The position numbers and the translations under genes were made by a program. From Escherichia coli (GTDB lineage Bacteria; Pseudomonadota; Gammaproteobacteria; Enterobacterales; Enterobacteriaceae), in the NCBI RefSeq assembly GCF_051903065.1, contig NZ_CP178438.1: a stretch of 64,000 nt of DNA; one strand, 5' to 3'. Numbering within the stretch: the stretch's first letter is position 1; every line of letters begins with the position of its first letter. This document shows positions 44,145-54,356 of the stretch, piece after piece. The notes under the pieces are model-generated. The model was given only the letters and a program-made list of their open reading frames with translations, had not been told where the DNA came from and searched no databases.

Positions 44145-46763
44145 TCATTGTTGAGCCAAAGCCTGATCCGATGGTTGTGCCGTTTCGCTCCGCTCCGGGC
44201 GGCGCGGAATAAACGATACAACCCAGGAAACCAGAGAAGTCAGCACACGGAATATGCCCTTCACCGAAGAAGGCGCAAACTCCGCCAGATGGCGGTAGCC
44301 ACGGAAGCCGAGCTTCAGAATATCCAGCAGACTTTCCAGCGGCTTATCTTCCGGATAGCTGTCCTGCCAGAGCGCCCATGTATCCGCACGGGCAAACGTA
44401 CACTGCACAAAATCGATATGTTGCTGGGTGGTGAGCGGCATTAATTTCAGCCCAACTTCATTACCCATCACGCGCGCCACCTGGGTCGGGAAAACGTATT
44501 CCTGCTGACCGCGTTTAAGCAACAGATTCACTTTCTGCCCTTCCAGAATCTGCGCCTGACCGTTGATCTTGATCCCCAAACCACCATCGGAGAAATCCTG
44601 AACGGTACACGAAAAGAGGTGACCATCTTCGCGGGCAATTGCCGCGGGCATCGTCATCTCCACGCGGTGCGATCGGCGTACCTGTTTGCTTTCTACCGAT
44701 ACCGCAACTGCGCCGCCAAGAACAATCAGGTTGTAGAATACCCACACCATACTGACGACCACGGTGAGCATCTCGGTTGGCGGGCCATAGAAGTAGCGCC
44801 AGATGCCTACCGCAACGCCCACCAGGTTGAGCAGGACAAGGAAGATGTAGGGCCGCGAGATCACCCAATCGACGTACTCTTCTTCCACCAGTCCACCTTT
44901 GGCGGTGACGTTAAATTTGCCTTTGTGCGGGTTAATCAGCGCCACCAGCGTCGGTGGTGCGATATACCACGCCAGCACCGTTTCGTAGATTTCACTCCAG
45001 AAAGAGTGGCGATATTTGCCCTGGATCTTGGAGTTGGTCAGGCTGGCATGGATCATATGCGGCAGCACGAATAGGGCGATCATCAACGCTGGCGCATAGA
45101 TGATGTAGGCATGAAGCAGCAGGAACGCCAGCGGCGCAGTCAGGAAGATCAGCCGTGGAATGCCCGACAAGAAGTGGAACATGGCGTTGACGTAACATAG
45201 CCGCTGAGCAAACTTCAGCCCTTTACCGGTGAGCGGGTTATCGAGACGGAAGATTTGTACCATCCCGCGCGCCCAGCGAATACGCTGACCGATATGCGCC
45301 GACAGACTTTCGGTCGCCAGCCCCGCCGCCTGCGGAATACGCATATACGCGGAGGTATAGCCACGACGGTGCAAACGCAGAGAAGTATGCGCATCTTCAG
45401 TCACGGTTTCGACAGCAATGCCGCCAATTTCATCCAGCGGCTTACGACGAATCACCGCACAGGAACCGCAGAAGAAAGTGGCGTCCCACATATCGTTGCC
45501 ATCCTGCACCAGACCATAGAACAGCGTGCCTTCGTTCGGCGTTTTACGAAAACGCCCCAGGTTGCGTTCAAACGGGTCCGGCGAGAAGAAGTGGTGTGGA
45601 GTCTGCATCATCGCCAGCTGTTTCTCTTTCAGGAACCAGCCCATGGTCATTTGCAGGAACGATCGCGTTGGTACGTGATCGCAGTCGAAAATCGACACGA
45701 ACTCGCCTTTGGCATATTTCAGCGCATTGTTGATGTTGCCCGCTTTCGCATGTTCATGAGTGGTACGGGCGATATATTTCACCCCCACGTTTTGCGCAAA
45801 CTGGCGAAACTCTTCCCTGCCGCCGTCATCGAGGATCCAGATGTTCAGCTTGTCTTTCGGCCAGTCGATACCCAGCGAGGCGTAAATGGTATTTTTCACC
45901 ACGTTGAGATCTTCGTTGTAAGTCGGGACAAAGATATCCACCGACGGCCACAGCGACATATCTTTCGGCAATGGCACCGGCTGACGATTCAGCGGCCATA
46001 CTACCTGGAAGTAGCCGAGCACCAGCACAATCCACGCGTACGTTTCAGCGAAGAGCAGAATAAGCCCGCACACCAGGCTGACCGGATCGTCCCAGTTCAG
46101 CGTAGAGGTGTAACGCCACCAGATATAACGGCAAGAAACGGTCAGCGACAGCACAATCAACATTAGCGCCGAGAAGCGCCCCGGCATCCGCCGTACGATC
46201 AGCGCTACCCCCCACAGCAGCATCAGGAAGATAAACTGCGCCAGCGGGTTAAACGGCTGAGTAACGCAGATTAACGCCAGAATCAGCGAGAAGGTGACGA
46301 TGATACCGAGGATCAACCGCCGCGCCCCGGCACTCAAATGACCGAGCTCTTTTTTCTCATCAAGATGCTGTGTTTTATGGCTAACGCGCTCAGGCAGCTC
46401 GTTCATCCATTGATGGTAACGTCCACGAATATTCTGCAGACCTGAAAATGCCCGCCTGCGCGGTTTCGGCGTTTCTTTGCGCGATGCACCGATCAGTAAC
46501 CAGCATGTTTGAATGAGATAACGGACCGGGTCCAGCGGACGCGGACGCGAGGCGTTGATATGCGGATACAGGTTTTTATGTTCTGCGCGAATACGCTGCC
46601 AGCGCGGGTGCTCCAGCGGAATAAAAATCCAGGCCAGGATCATCCAGAAACAGCCGAGCGTCGCGCTGAAAGCCGACGCACCGTGACGACGATAATCGCG
46701 ATAACGCCCGATAAGCCGCGCGTTGACCGGCGGGATAAGCAACCACCGGGTCAGGATACTCAT
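44145..46763 (-). CDS. bcsA: Cellulose synthase catalytic subunit BcsA (GT2 plus PilZ)
   Basis: 872 aa from MSILTRWLLIPPVNARLIGRY; GT2 motifs (DDG, DCD, QRIRWA) and a C-terminal PilZ region. Confidence 0.9.
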   Translation of the reverse strand: MSILTRWLLIPPVNARLIGRYRDYRRHGASAFSATLGCFWMILAWIFIPLEHPRWQRIRAEHKNLYPHINASRPRPLDPVRYLIQTCWLLIGASRKETPKPRRRAFSGLQNIRGRYHQWMNELPERVSHKTQHLDEKKELGHLSAGARRLILGIIVTFSLILALICVTQPFNPLAQFIFLMLLWGVALIVRRMPGRFSALMLIVLSLTVSCRYIWWRYTSTLNWDDPVSLVCGLILLFAETYAWIVLVLGYFQVVWPLNRQPVPLPKDMSLWPSVDIFVPTYNEDLNVVKNTIYASLGIDWPKDKLNIWILDDGGREEFRQFAQNVGVKYIARTTHEHAKAGNINNALKYAKGEFVSIFDCDHVPTRSFLQMTMGWFLKEKQLAMMQTPHHFFSPDPFERNLGRFRKTPNEGTLFYGLVQDGNDMWDATFFCGSCAVIRRKPLDEIGGIAVETVTEDAHTSLRLHRRGYTSAYMRIPQAAGLATESLSAHIGQRIRWARGMVQIFRLDNPLTGKGLKFAQRLCYVNAMFHFLSGIPRLIFLTAPLAFLLLHAYIIYAPALMIALFVLPHMIHASLTNSKIQGKYRHSFWSEIYETVLAWYIAPPTLVALINPHKGKFNVTAKGGLVEEEYVDWVISRPYIFLVLLNLVGVAVGIWRYFYGPPTEMLTVVVSMVWVFYNLIVLGGAVAVSVESKQVRRSHRVEMTMPAAIAREDGHLFSCTVQDFSDGGLGIKINGQAQILEGQKVNLLLKRGQQEYVFPTQVARVMGNEVGLKLMPLTTQQHIDFVQCTFARADTWALWQDSYPEDKPLESLLDILKLGFRGYRHLAEFAPSSVKGIFRVLTSLVSWVVSFIPRRPERSETAQPSDQALAQQ

Positions 46764-47512
46764 GATGCACTCCCGACTGGCGTTTTCAGCCCGGAATAGT
46801 TCAACAGGCACCAGTTCGCCAGCGTCAATATCTCTTCAGCCGCCAGCGCATCACTGCGATATTCACCTACTGGTTGCTTAGCCGCCAGGCATTCAGCCAT
46901 CGCTTCATCACGATGAATGAGCATCGGCAGTAATCGGCGCTGGCTTTGCAACCAAAGCTGGTAAATATCGTCCTGAACCTGACTGCCAATACGGAAGTCA
47001 TTAATCAAAATATGTGCGCCATCCGGCAGCGCTTGCTGATGCAGTCGGATATGGCAGTTGGCATCCACATTGACGATTGCCAGCGAGTGATCGCACAAAC
47101 TCAGCAGCTGGTGGGTTATCTGCGAGGCATCACGCGGTAAGTCGATTAAAATCCACTGGTAACGCCCGCTGGCTTTTAGTTGCTGTAAGCCGGAGCAAAT
47201 ATCGCTCAGCCGGGTTTGCCAGTGCTGTGGATTTTCTTGTTCTTCAATGGATAACTGACCAAAAGGCAGCAAATCGAGCTGCGAGGTGTAGCGCAACCCA
47301 GCGTCGCGCCAGTCCTGGCCATCCAGCATAGCTCTGGCCCAGCCCTGACGGTGGGTAAAATCAACATTAAATGACAGGCGCAACAAGTTGTCCGGGCAGG
47401 CATCGACCACCAGGACATTTTCTCCCAACATTTGTAATGACCAGGCTAATGCGGCGGTGATGGTTGTTGTCCCCACGCCTCCCCGCACCCCCTGCAATCC
47501 CAGTACGGCCAT
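46760..47512 (-). CDS. bcsQ: Cellulose biosynthesis ParA/MinD-like ATPase BcsQ (intact)
   Basis: 250 aa uninterrupted; P-loop GVRGGVGTTT; codon 7 is Gln. Confidence 0.9.
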   Translation of the reverse strand: MAVLGLQGVRGGVGTTTITAALAWSLQMLGENVLVVDACPDNLLRLSFNVDFTHRQGWARAMLDGQDWRDAGLRYTSQLDLLPFGQLSIEEQENPQHWQTRLSDICSGLQQLKASGRYQWILIDLPRDASQITHQLLSLCDHSLAIVNVDANCHIRLHQQALPDGAHILINDFRIGSQVQDDIYQLWLQSQRRLLPMLIHRDEAMAECLAAKQPVGEYRSDALAAEEILTLANWCLLNYSGLKTPVGSAS

Positions 47513-47523
47513 TCACCAATCCC

Positions 47524-47712
47524 CTACTTTTGTTGCGCAAACTCTGCCAGCAACGGCCAGCGTTTTAATGCCGCGGCCAACTGTTCGCGTTGGGAAATAT
47601 CGGCATAATCAATATCAGGCAGTGAAAATGCCTGCTTTAACGCCAAAATATCATTCTGGAAGATATAGCCTATCGCGGGATCAGGCAGAGTATCTGGTTC
47701 ATTGTTATTCAT
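47524..47712 (-). CDS. bcsR: Cellulose biosynthesis protein BcsR
   Basis: 62-aa ORF immediately upstream of bcsQ in the same operon. Confidence 0.8.
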   Translation of the reverse strand: MNNNEPDTLPDPAIGYIFQNDILALKQAFSLPDIDYADISQREQLAAALKRWPLLAEFAQQK

Positions 47713-47984
47713 TTTGCTTGATCCCTATGAAATAACCGTACCGTTCATGAGACAATTCTAATCGTGAGCATTTCGCCGGTTTATTGTTTACGGCGAGACG
47801 GGAATTTGCTCACTTTTTGACTTTCCGTTACGCAACAGAAAAAGTTAAAAACGAAAAGACTAAAATCACACGTCTTGTGACCTGCTAAATTGATTCACAT
47901 GCTAAATCTGATAAGTTTTAATTTCAATGGTAGGTTTATTTCTTAGCTTTCGCTAGTAAACTGATAATCAGACAAAATGGTGAC

Positions 47985-49556
47985 ATGAGGGACATTGTGG
48001 ACCCTGTATTCTCTATCGGTATCTCATCATTATGGGATGAGCTGCGACATATGCCAGCAGGCGGCGTCTGGTGGTTTAACGTCGATCGCCATGAAGATGC
48101 TATCAGTCTGGCGAATCAAACAATTGCATCCCAGGCTGAAACCGCACACGTCGCGGTCATTAGCATGGACAGCGATCCGGCGAAAATCTTTCAATTAGAT
48201 GATTCTCAAGGGCCGGAAAAAATAAAATTATTTTCAATGCTAAATCATGAAAAAGGTCTATACTATTTGGCCCGTGATTTGCAGTGTTCTATTGATCCCC
48301 ATAATTACCTTTTTATTCTTGTTTGCGCAAATAACGCATGGCAAAACATTCCTGCCGAGCGGCTGCGCTCATGGTTGGATAAAATGAATAAATGGAGCAG
48401 GTTAAACCATTGTTCGCTTTTGGTAATTAATCCCGGAAATAATAACGATAAACAATTTTCATTGTTGCTTGAGGAATACCGTTCACTTTTTGGTCTTGCC
48501 AGTTTGCGTTTTCAGGGCGACCAACATTTGCTGGATATTGCCTTCTGGTGCAACGAAAAAGGGGTCAGCGCCCGTCAGCAGCTTAGCGTTCAGCAACAAA
48601 ATGGTATCTGGACATTAGTTCAAAGCGAAGAGGCGGAGATCCAACCACGCAGCGACGAAAAACGCATTCTGAGTAATGTTGCTGTACTGGAAGGTGCGCC
48701 GCCGCTATCGGAACACTGGCAACTGTTCAACAATAACGAAGTCCTGTTCAATGAAGCCCGTACCGCTCAGGCGGCGACGGTGGTCTTTTCTTTACAGCAA
48801 AATGCGCAAATCGAGCCACTGGCCCGCAGCATTCATACTCTGCGTCGCCAGCGCGGTAGTGCGATGAAAATCCTCGTACGGGAAAATACCGCTAGCCTGC
48901 GCGCCACCGATGAACGTTTGTTATTGGCCTGCGGTGCAAATATGGTTATCCCGTGGAATGCGCCACTCTCCCGCTGTCTGACGATGATCGAAAGCGTGCA
49001 AGGGCAGAAGTTTAGTCGCTATGTGCCGGAAGATATCACTACCTTGCTGTCAATGACCCAGCCGCTCAAACTGCGTGGTTTCCAGAAGTGGGATGTGTTC
49101 TGTAATGCCGTCAACAACATGATGAATAACCCTCTTTTGCCTGCCCACGGTAAAGGTGTTCTGGTTGCCCTACGTCCGGTACCGGGTATCCGCGTTGAGC
49201 AAGCCCTGACGCTATGTCGCCCTAACCGTACCGGCGATATCATGACCATTGGCGGTAATCGGCTGGTGCTGTTTCTCTCATTCTGTCGGATTAACGATCT
49301 GGATACCGCGTTGAATCATATTTTCCCATTGCCTACTGGCGACATTTTCTCAAACCGTATGGTCTGGTTTGAAGATGATCAAATCAGTGCCGAGCTGGTG
49401 CAGATGCGCCTGCTTGCCCCAGAACAATGGGGCATGCCGCTGCCTTTAACACAAAGTTCTAAACCGGTCATCAATGCCGAGCACGATGGTCGCCACTGGC
49501 GACGAATACCAGAACCCATGCGACTGTTAGATGATGCTGTGGAGCGCTCATCATGA
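47985..49556 (+). CDS. bcsE: Cellulose biosynthesis c-di-GMP-binding protein BcsE
   Basis: 523 aa; divergent from bcsRQABZC. Confidence 0.9.
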
Positions 49557-49744
49557 TGACCATCAGCGATATCATTGAAATTATTGTCGTTTGCGCACTG
49601 ATATTTTTCCCGCTGGGCTATCTGGCGCGGCACTCTTTGCGACGCATTCGCGACACCTTACGTTTGTTCTTTGCTAAACCTCGTTATGTTAAACCGGCTG
49701 GGACGTTACGCCGCACGGAAAAAGCCAGGGCAACCAAAAAATGA
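49553..49744 (+). CDS. bcsF: Cellulose biosynthesis small membrane protein BcsF
   Basis: 63 aa with one TM helix; ATGA overlaps with bcsE and bcsG. Confidence 0.8.
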
Positions 49745-51420
49745 CTCAATTTACGCAAAATACCGCCATGCCTTCTTCCCTCTGGCAATACTGGCGCGGC
49801 CTTTCCGGCTGGAACTTCTATTTTCTGGTTAAGTTCGGCCTGTTGTGGGCGGGATATCTTAACTTCCATCCGCTCCTCAATTTGGTGTTTGCCGCGTTTC
49901 TGCTGATGCCCATTCCGCGCTACAGCCTGCATCGCTTGCGCCACTGGATTGCCCTGCCGATCGGCTTTGCTTTGTTCTGGCATGACACCTGGTTGCCTGG
50001 CCCGGAAAGCATAATGAGCCAGGGTTCGCAGGTGGCGGGGTTCAGTACCGATTATTTAATCGACCTTGTCACACGCTTTATTAACTGGCAGATGATTGGG
50101 GCCATTTTTGTTTTATTAGTGGCCTGGTTATTCCTGTCACAATGGATTCGCATTACCGTTTTTGTGGTTGCCATTCTGCTGTGGCTGAACGTACTTACCC
50201 TGGCGGGACCAAGTTTCTCCTTGTGGCCAGCCGGTCAACCGACGACCACTGTAACAACGACGGGTGGTAACGCAGCGGCAACCGTTGCGGCGACGGGTGG
50301 CGCACCGGTAGTGGGTGATATGCCCGCACAAACTGCACCGCCAACAACGGCGAACCTTAACGCCTGGCTGAATAATTTCTATAACGCGGAGGCGAAACGT
50401 AAATCGATCTTCCCGTCTTCGCTGCCCGCTGATGCTCAGCCATTTGAACTACTGGTGATTAATATTTGTTCGCTTTCCTGGTCGGATATTGAAGCCGCCG
50501 GGTTGATGTCGCATCCGCTGTGGTCGCATTTCGATATTGAGTTCAAGAACTTTAACTCCGCCACCTCCTACAGTGGCCCGGCGGCGATCCGTTTACTGCG
50601 TGCCAGCTGCGGGCAGACTTCGCACACTAATCTGTATCAACCGGCAAATAACGACTGCTATCTGTTTGATAACCTGTCGAAACTGGGCTTTACCCAGCAC
50701 CTGATGATGGGACATAACGGCCAGTTCGGCGGTTTTTTGAAAGAAGTTCGCGAAAATGGCGGCATGCAGAGCGAATTGATGGATCAAACAAATCTGCCGG
50801 TTATTTTGCTGGGCTTTGATGGTTCGCCGGTTTATGACGATACCGCCGTGCTTAACCGCTGGCTGGACGTTACCGAAAAAGATAAAAACAGCCGTAGTGC
50901 CACGTTCTACAACACGCTTCCACTGAATGACGGCAACCATTATCCGGGCGTCAGCAAAACAGCGGATTACAAAGCGCGGGCGCAGAAATTCTTTGATGAA
51001 CTGGACGCCTTCTTTACTGAACTGGAGAAATCGGGTCGTAAAGTGATGGTGGTCGTGGTGCCGGAACACGGTGGCGCGCTGAAGGGCGACAGAATGCAGG
51101 TATCTGGCCTACGTGATATCCCTAGCCCGTCTATCACCGACGTCCCCGTTGGGGTGAAATTCTTCGGCATGAAGGCACCACATCAGGGGGCACCGATTGT
51201 CATCGACCAACCGAGCAGCTTCCTGGCTATCTCCGATCTGGTGGTTCGCGTTCTTGATGGCAAGATTTTCACCGAAAACAATGTTGACTGGAAAAAACTC
51301 ACCAGTGGGTTGCCACAAACAGCACCGGTCTCCGAGAACTCAAATGCAGTAGTTATTCAATACCAGGATAAACCGTACGTTCGCCTGAACGGCGGCGACT
51401 GGGTGCCTTACCCGCAGTAA
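49741..51420 (+). CDS. bcsG: Cellulose phosphoethanolamine transferase BcsG
   Basis: 559 aa; N-terminal membrane domain, C-terminal sulfatase-like domain. Confidence 0.9.
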
Positions 51421-51425
51421 GCACG

Positions 51426-51456
51426 AAAAAGGCCGCAGAGTTTCACCTCTGCGGCC
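51426..51456 (-). terminator. Rho-independent terminator of ldr copy 1 (also ends bcsG region)
   Basis: Minus strand: GGCCGCAGAG-gtgaaa-CTCTGCGGCC followed by TTTTT. Confidence 0.6.
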
Positions 51457-51506
51457 TGATCCGGGCGCAAATTGCCATTACGGCAGCCTGACGCCCGCAT
51501 GACACG

Positions 51507-51614
51507 TTACTTCCGTTTGTTCAGCCAGTTCACGATCATACTGGCAAGAATGCCAGCAATGACCGGAGCCGCTAAATCATGCCAGAAGGCCATGCCCAGC
51601 TCTGCGAGCGTCAT
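51507..51614 (-). CDS. ldrD: Ldr-family type I toxin peptide, copy 1 (35 aa)
   Basis: MTLAELGMAFWHDLAAPVIAGILASMIVNWLNKRK; one hydrophobic helix with a basic C-terminus, as I recall for the E. coli Ldr toxin family. Confidence 0.8.
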   Translation of the reverse strand: MTLAELGMAFWHDLAAPVIAGILASMIVNWLNKRK

Positions 51615-51662
51615 ATAGCCGCCTGTGTTGTAATGACAACGTTTCGCGGCTATTCTTGTATT

Positions 51663-51728
51663 GTTTGGATGCAAGAATGGCCCCCGTGATGTTGTCAGGT
51701 GCATACCTGCAACGTGCGGGGGTTTTCT
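51663..51728 (+). ncRNA. rdlD: Rdl antisense RNA, copy 1 (approximate)
   Basis: Opposite strand about 50 nt upstream of the ldr ATG; sigma70-like promoter TTGTAA-17-TATTCT at 51628-51656; ends in hairpin CCCCCG...CGGGGG plus TTTT at 51723-51726. Boundaries inferred. Confidence 0.5.
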
Positions 51729-51908
51729 CTCTCCAGCAACCAATACCACCAGGGATTAAGCCCCCGCAACATTGCGCCTCACCGGAACCCTTCCGGCTTG
51801 CCGCTGATTCTACGACTGTTTTTCTGTTCCGGAATCCGTCACGTCTTCACTCTGTGCTGCGCATTCCGCAGAATATTATCCGCTTGCAACCGTTGCATTT
51901 TTCTTACG

Positions 51909-51939
51909 AAAAAGGCCGCAGAGTTTCACCCCTGCGGCC
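51909..51939 (-). terminator. Rho-independent terminator of ldr copy 2
   Basis: Same hairpin plus T-run as copy 1. Confidence 0.6.
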
Positions 51940-51989
51940 TGGTCCGGGCGCAAATTGCCATTACGGCAGCCTGACGCCCGCATGACACG

Positions 51990-52097
51990 TTACTTCCGCT
52001 TGTTCAGCCAGTTCACGATCATACTGGCAAGAATGTCATCAATGACCGGAGACGCTAAATCATGCCAGAAGGCCATGCCCAGCTCTGCGAGCGTCAT
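51990..52097 (-). CDS. Ldr-family toxin peptide, copy 2 (variant, 35 aa)
   Basis: MTLAELGMAFWHDLASPVIDDILASMIVNWLNKRK; differs from copies 1 and 3 at three residues (A to S, A to D, G to D) from four clustered nucleotide changes. Confidence 0.75.
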   Translation of the reverse strand: MTLAELGMAFWHDLASPVIDDILASMIVNWLNKRK

Positions 52098-52145
52098 ATA
52101 GCCGCCTGTGTTGTAATGACAACGTTTCGCGGCTATTCTTGTATT

Positions 52146-52211
52146 GTTTGGATGCAAGAATGGCCCCCGTGATGTTGTCAGGTGCATACCTGCAACGTGC
52201 GGGGGTTTTCT
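52146..52211 (+). ncRNA. Rdl antisense RNA, copy 2 (approximate)
   Basis: Same promoter and terminator-like hairpin as copy 1, shifted by one repeat unit. Confidence 0.45.
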
Positions 52212-52391
52212 CTCTCCAGCAACCAATGCCACCAGGGATTAAGCCCCCGCAACATTGCGCCTCACCGGAATCCTTCCGGCTTGACGCTGATTCTACGACT
52301 GTTTTTCTGTTCCGGAATCCGTCACGTCTTCACTCTGTGCTGCGCATTCCGCAGAATATTATCCGCTTGCAACCGTTGCATTTTTCTTACG

Positions 52392-52422
52392 AAAAAGGCC
52401 GCAGAGTTTCACCCCTGCGGCC
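52392..52422 (-). terminator. Rho-independent terminator of ldr copy 3
   Basis: Same hairpin plus T-run. Confidence 0.6.
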
Positions 52423-52472
52423 TGGTCCGGGCGCAAATTGCCATTACGGCAGCCTGACGCCCGCATGACACG

Positions 52473-52580
52473 TTACTTCCGCTTGTTCAGCCAGTTCACG
52501 ATCATACTGGCAAGAATACCAGCAATGACCGGAGCCGCTAAATCATGCCAGAAGGCCATGCCCAGCTCTGCGAGCGTCAT
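52473..52580 (-). CDS. Ldr-family toxin peptide, copy 3 (35 aa)
   Basis: Peptide identical to copy 1; the 5'-UTR region differs from copies 1 and 2. Confidence 0.8.
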   Translation of the reverse strand: MTLAELGMAFWHDLAAPVIAGILASMIVNWLNKRK

Positions 52581-52628
52581 ATAGCCGCCTGTGTTGTAAT
52601 GGCAACGTTTCGCGGCTATTCTTGAGTG

Positions 52629-52694
52629 GTCTAGGTTCAAGATTAGCCCCCGTGGTGTTGTCAGGTGCATACCTGCAACGTGCGGGGGTTTTCT
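52629..52694 (+). ncRNA. Rdl antisense RNA, copy 3 (approximate, divergent 5' part)
   Basis: Promoter and 3' hairpin conserved, but the first ~25 nt (gagtggtctaggttcaagattagccc) differ from copies 1 and 2 (gtattgtttggatgcaagaatggccc). Confidence 0.45.
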
Positions 52695-53055
52695 CTCTCC
52701 AGCAACCAATGCCACCAGGGTTAAAGCCCCCGCAACATTGCGCCTCACCGGAACCCTTCCGGCTTGCCGCTGATTTTACGATTGCTTTTTACTGTCAGCA
52801 CCCTGCAATCTTCCTCATTGCGTGATGCCTTCCAGCTTAATTTCTTAATTTGCAATAGTTGCAGTTCATATCCGGGCTGACTCCAGACTGGTAGTGAAAT
52901 GCGCAATTTTGTAGAATTGCGCCTCCTCGCGACCTCCCCAGTGAATCTGTTGCCTCATTTTTTACATACTGCGTATTCGACTTCTCCACCTGTTGCGCAA
53001 GAGAAACTGGGTTTATTCATTTTTGCGAGGCCGACTTCTTTCTGGACAGGACTTT

Positions 53056-54327
53056 ATGCAGCACAACACACTACCGAAACACGATCAGAAATTGCCGTTT
53101 ACACGCTACGACTTCGGCTGGGTTTTATTATGCATAGGCATGGCGATTGGTGCCGGAACCGTGCTGATGCCGGTACAAATTGGCTTGAAGGGAATTTGGG
53201 TATTTATTACCGCAGCGATCATTGCTTATCCTGCCACCTGGGTAGTGCAGGACATTTATTTAAAAACCCTTTCTGAAAGCGATTCCTGTAATGACTACAC
53301 CGATATTATCAGTCATTACCTGGGGAAGAACTGGGGAATTTTCCTCGGGGTTATCTACTTTTTGATGATTATCCACGGGATTTTTATCTACTCTCTCTCC
53401 GTGGTTTTCGACAGCGCCTCGTACCTGAAAACCTTCGGTTTAACCGATGCCGATCTTTCACAATCTCTACTTTATAAAGTCGCCATTTTCGCCGTACTGG
53501 TGGCGATTGCGTCTGGTGGTGAACGATTACTGTTTAAGATTTCTGGGCCAATGGTGGTGGTCAAAGTAGGGATTATTGTCGTGTTCGGTTTTGCGATGAT
53601 CCCGCACTGGAATTTCGCCAATATAACCGCCTTCCCGCAAGCCTCCGTCTTTTTCCGCGATGTCCTGCTTACCATTCCATTTTGCTTCTTTTCTGCGGTA
53701 TTTATTCAGGTACTTAACCCAATGAATATTGCCTATCGTAAACGGGAAGCAGATAAAGTACTGGCAACCCGGCTCGCGCTGCGTACCCACCGAATTAGTT
53801 ATATCACGCTCATCGCGGTGATACTGTTTTTTGCCTTTTCGTTTACCTTCTCAATTAGCCACGAAGAAGCCGTTTCTGCCTTTGAACAAAATATCTCGGC
53901 ACTGGCACTGGCCGCGCAGGTGATCCCTGGACATATCATTCATATCACCTCTACGGTGCTGAATATCTTTGCCGTACTGACCGCATTCTTTGGCATTTAT
54001 CTCGGTTTCCACGAGGCCATTAAAGGCATTATTCTCAATCTGTTAAGCCGAATTATTGATACCAAGAAAATTAACTCACGCATGCTGACTCTGGCGATCT
54101 GCGCTTTTATCGTCATTACGTTGACGATTTGGGTTTCGTTTCGTGTATCGGTGCTGGTGTTCTTTCAGTTGGGAAGCCCGTTATATGGCATTGTGTCGTG
54201 CCTCATTCCGTTTTTCCTGATCTATAAAGTCGCACAACTGGAAAAACTTCGCGGATTTAAAGCCTGGCTGATTCTGCTTTACGGCATTTTGCTATGCTTG
54301 TCGCCACTGTTGAAGCTGATTGAGTAA
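53056..54327 (+). CDS. yhjV: Amino-acid permease-like inner membrane transporter YhjV
   Basis: 423 aa from [34 protein letters not shown]; multi-pass membrane protein. Confidence 0.9.
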   Translation: MQHNTLPKHDQKLPFTRYDFGWVLLCIGMAIGAGTVLMPVQIGLKGIWVFITAAIIAYPATWVVQDIYLKTLSESDSCNDYTDIISHYLGKNWGIFLGVIYFLMIIHGIFIYSLSVVFDSASYLKTFGLTDADLSQSLLYKVAIFAVLVAIASGGERLLFKISGPMVVVKVGIIVVFGFAMIPHWNFANITAFPQASVFFRDVLLTIPFCFFSAVFIQVLNPMNIAYRKREADKVLATRLALRTHRISYITLIAVILFFAFSFTFSISHEEAVSAFEQNISALALAAQVIPGHIIHITSTVLNIFAVLTAFFGIYLGFHEAIKGIILNLLSRIIDTKKINSRMLTLAICAFIVITLTIWVSFRVSVLVFFQLGSPLYGIVSCLIPFFLIYKVAQLEKLRGFKAWLILLYGILLCLSPLLKLIE

Positions 54328-54356
54328 ACCGGAGCGCATGGCCCCGGTTTTGTGAG

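Larger units (their letters stand above)
51424..52790. repeat. Three tandem long direct repeats (~483 bp each), each an ldr/rdl type I toxin-antitoxin unit
   Basis: Units at about 51424-51906, 51907-52389 and 52390-52790 are near-identical, each with terminator hairpin, 35-codon ldr ORF, opposite-strand rdl region and promoter; the third diverges in its distal part. Confidence 0.85.

Noticed and set aside
45255-46166. 303-aa plus-strand ORF antisense to bcsA
   Set aside because: Lies entirely inside bcsA on the opposite strand, with Arg/His-rich composition typical of antisense frames in GC-rich genes. The same reasoning applies to antisense ORFs inside gadA, dctA, yhjD, bcsC, dppA and others.
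51424-52790. Possibility that the repeats are a CRISPR array or an assembly artefact
   Set aside because: Units are ~483 bp and each contains a complete gene cassette, not short repeat-spacer units; the copies differ by specific substitutions, which argues against a simple collapsed or expanded assembly, though copy number still needs long-read confirmation.
52899-53276. 125-aa plus-strand ORF upstream of and overlapping yhjV
   Set aside because: Out of frame with yhjV and spans its promoter region; no supporting features.
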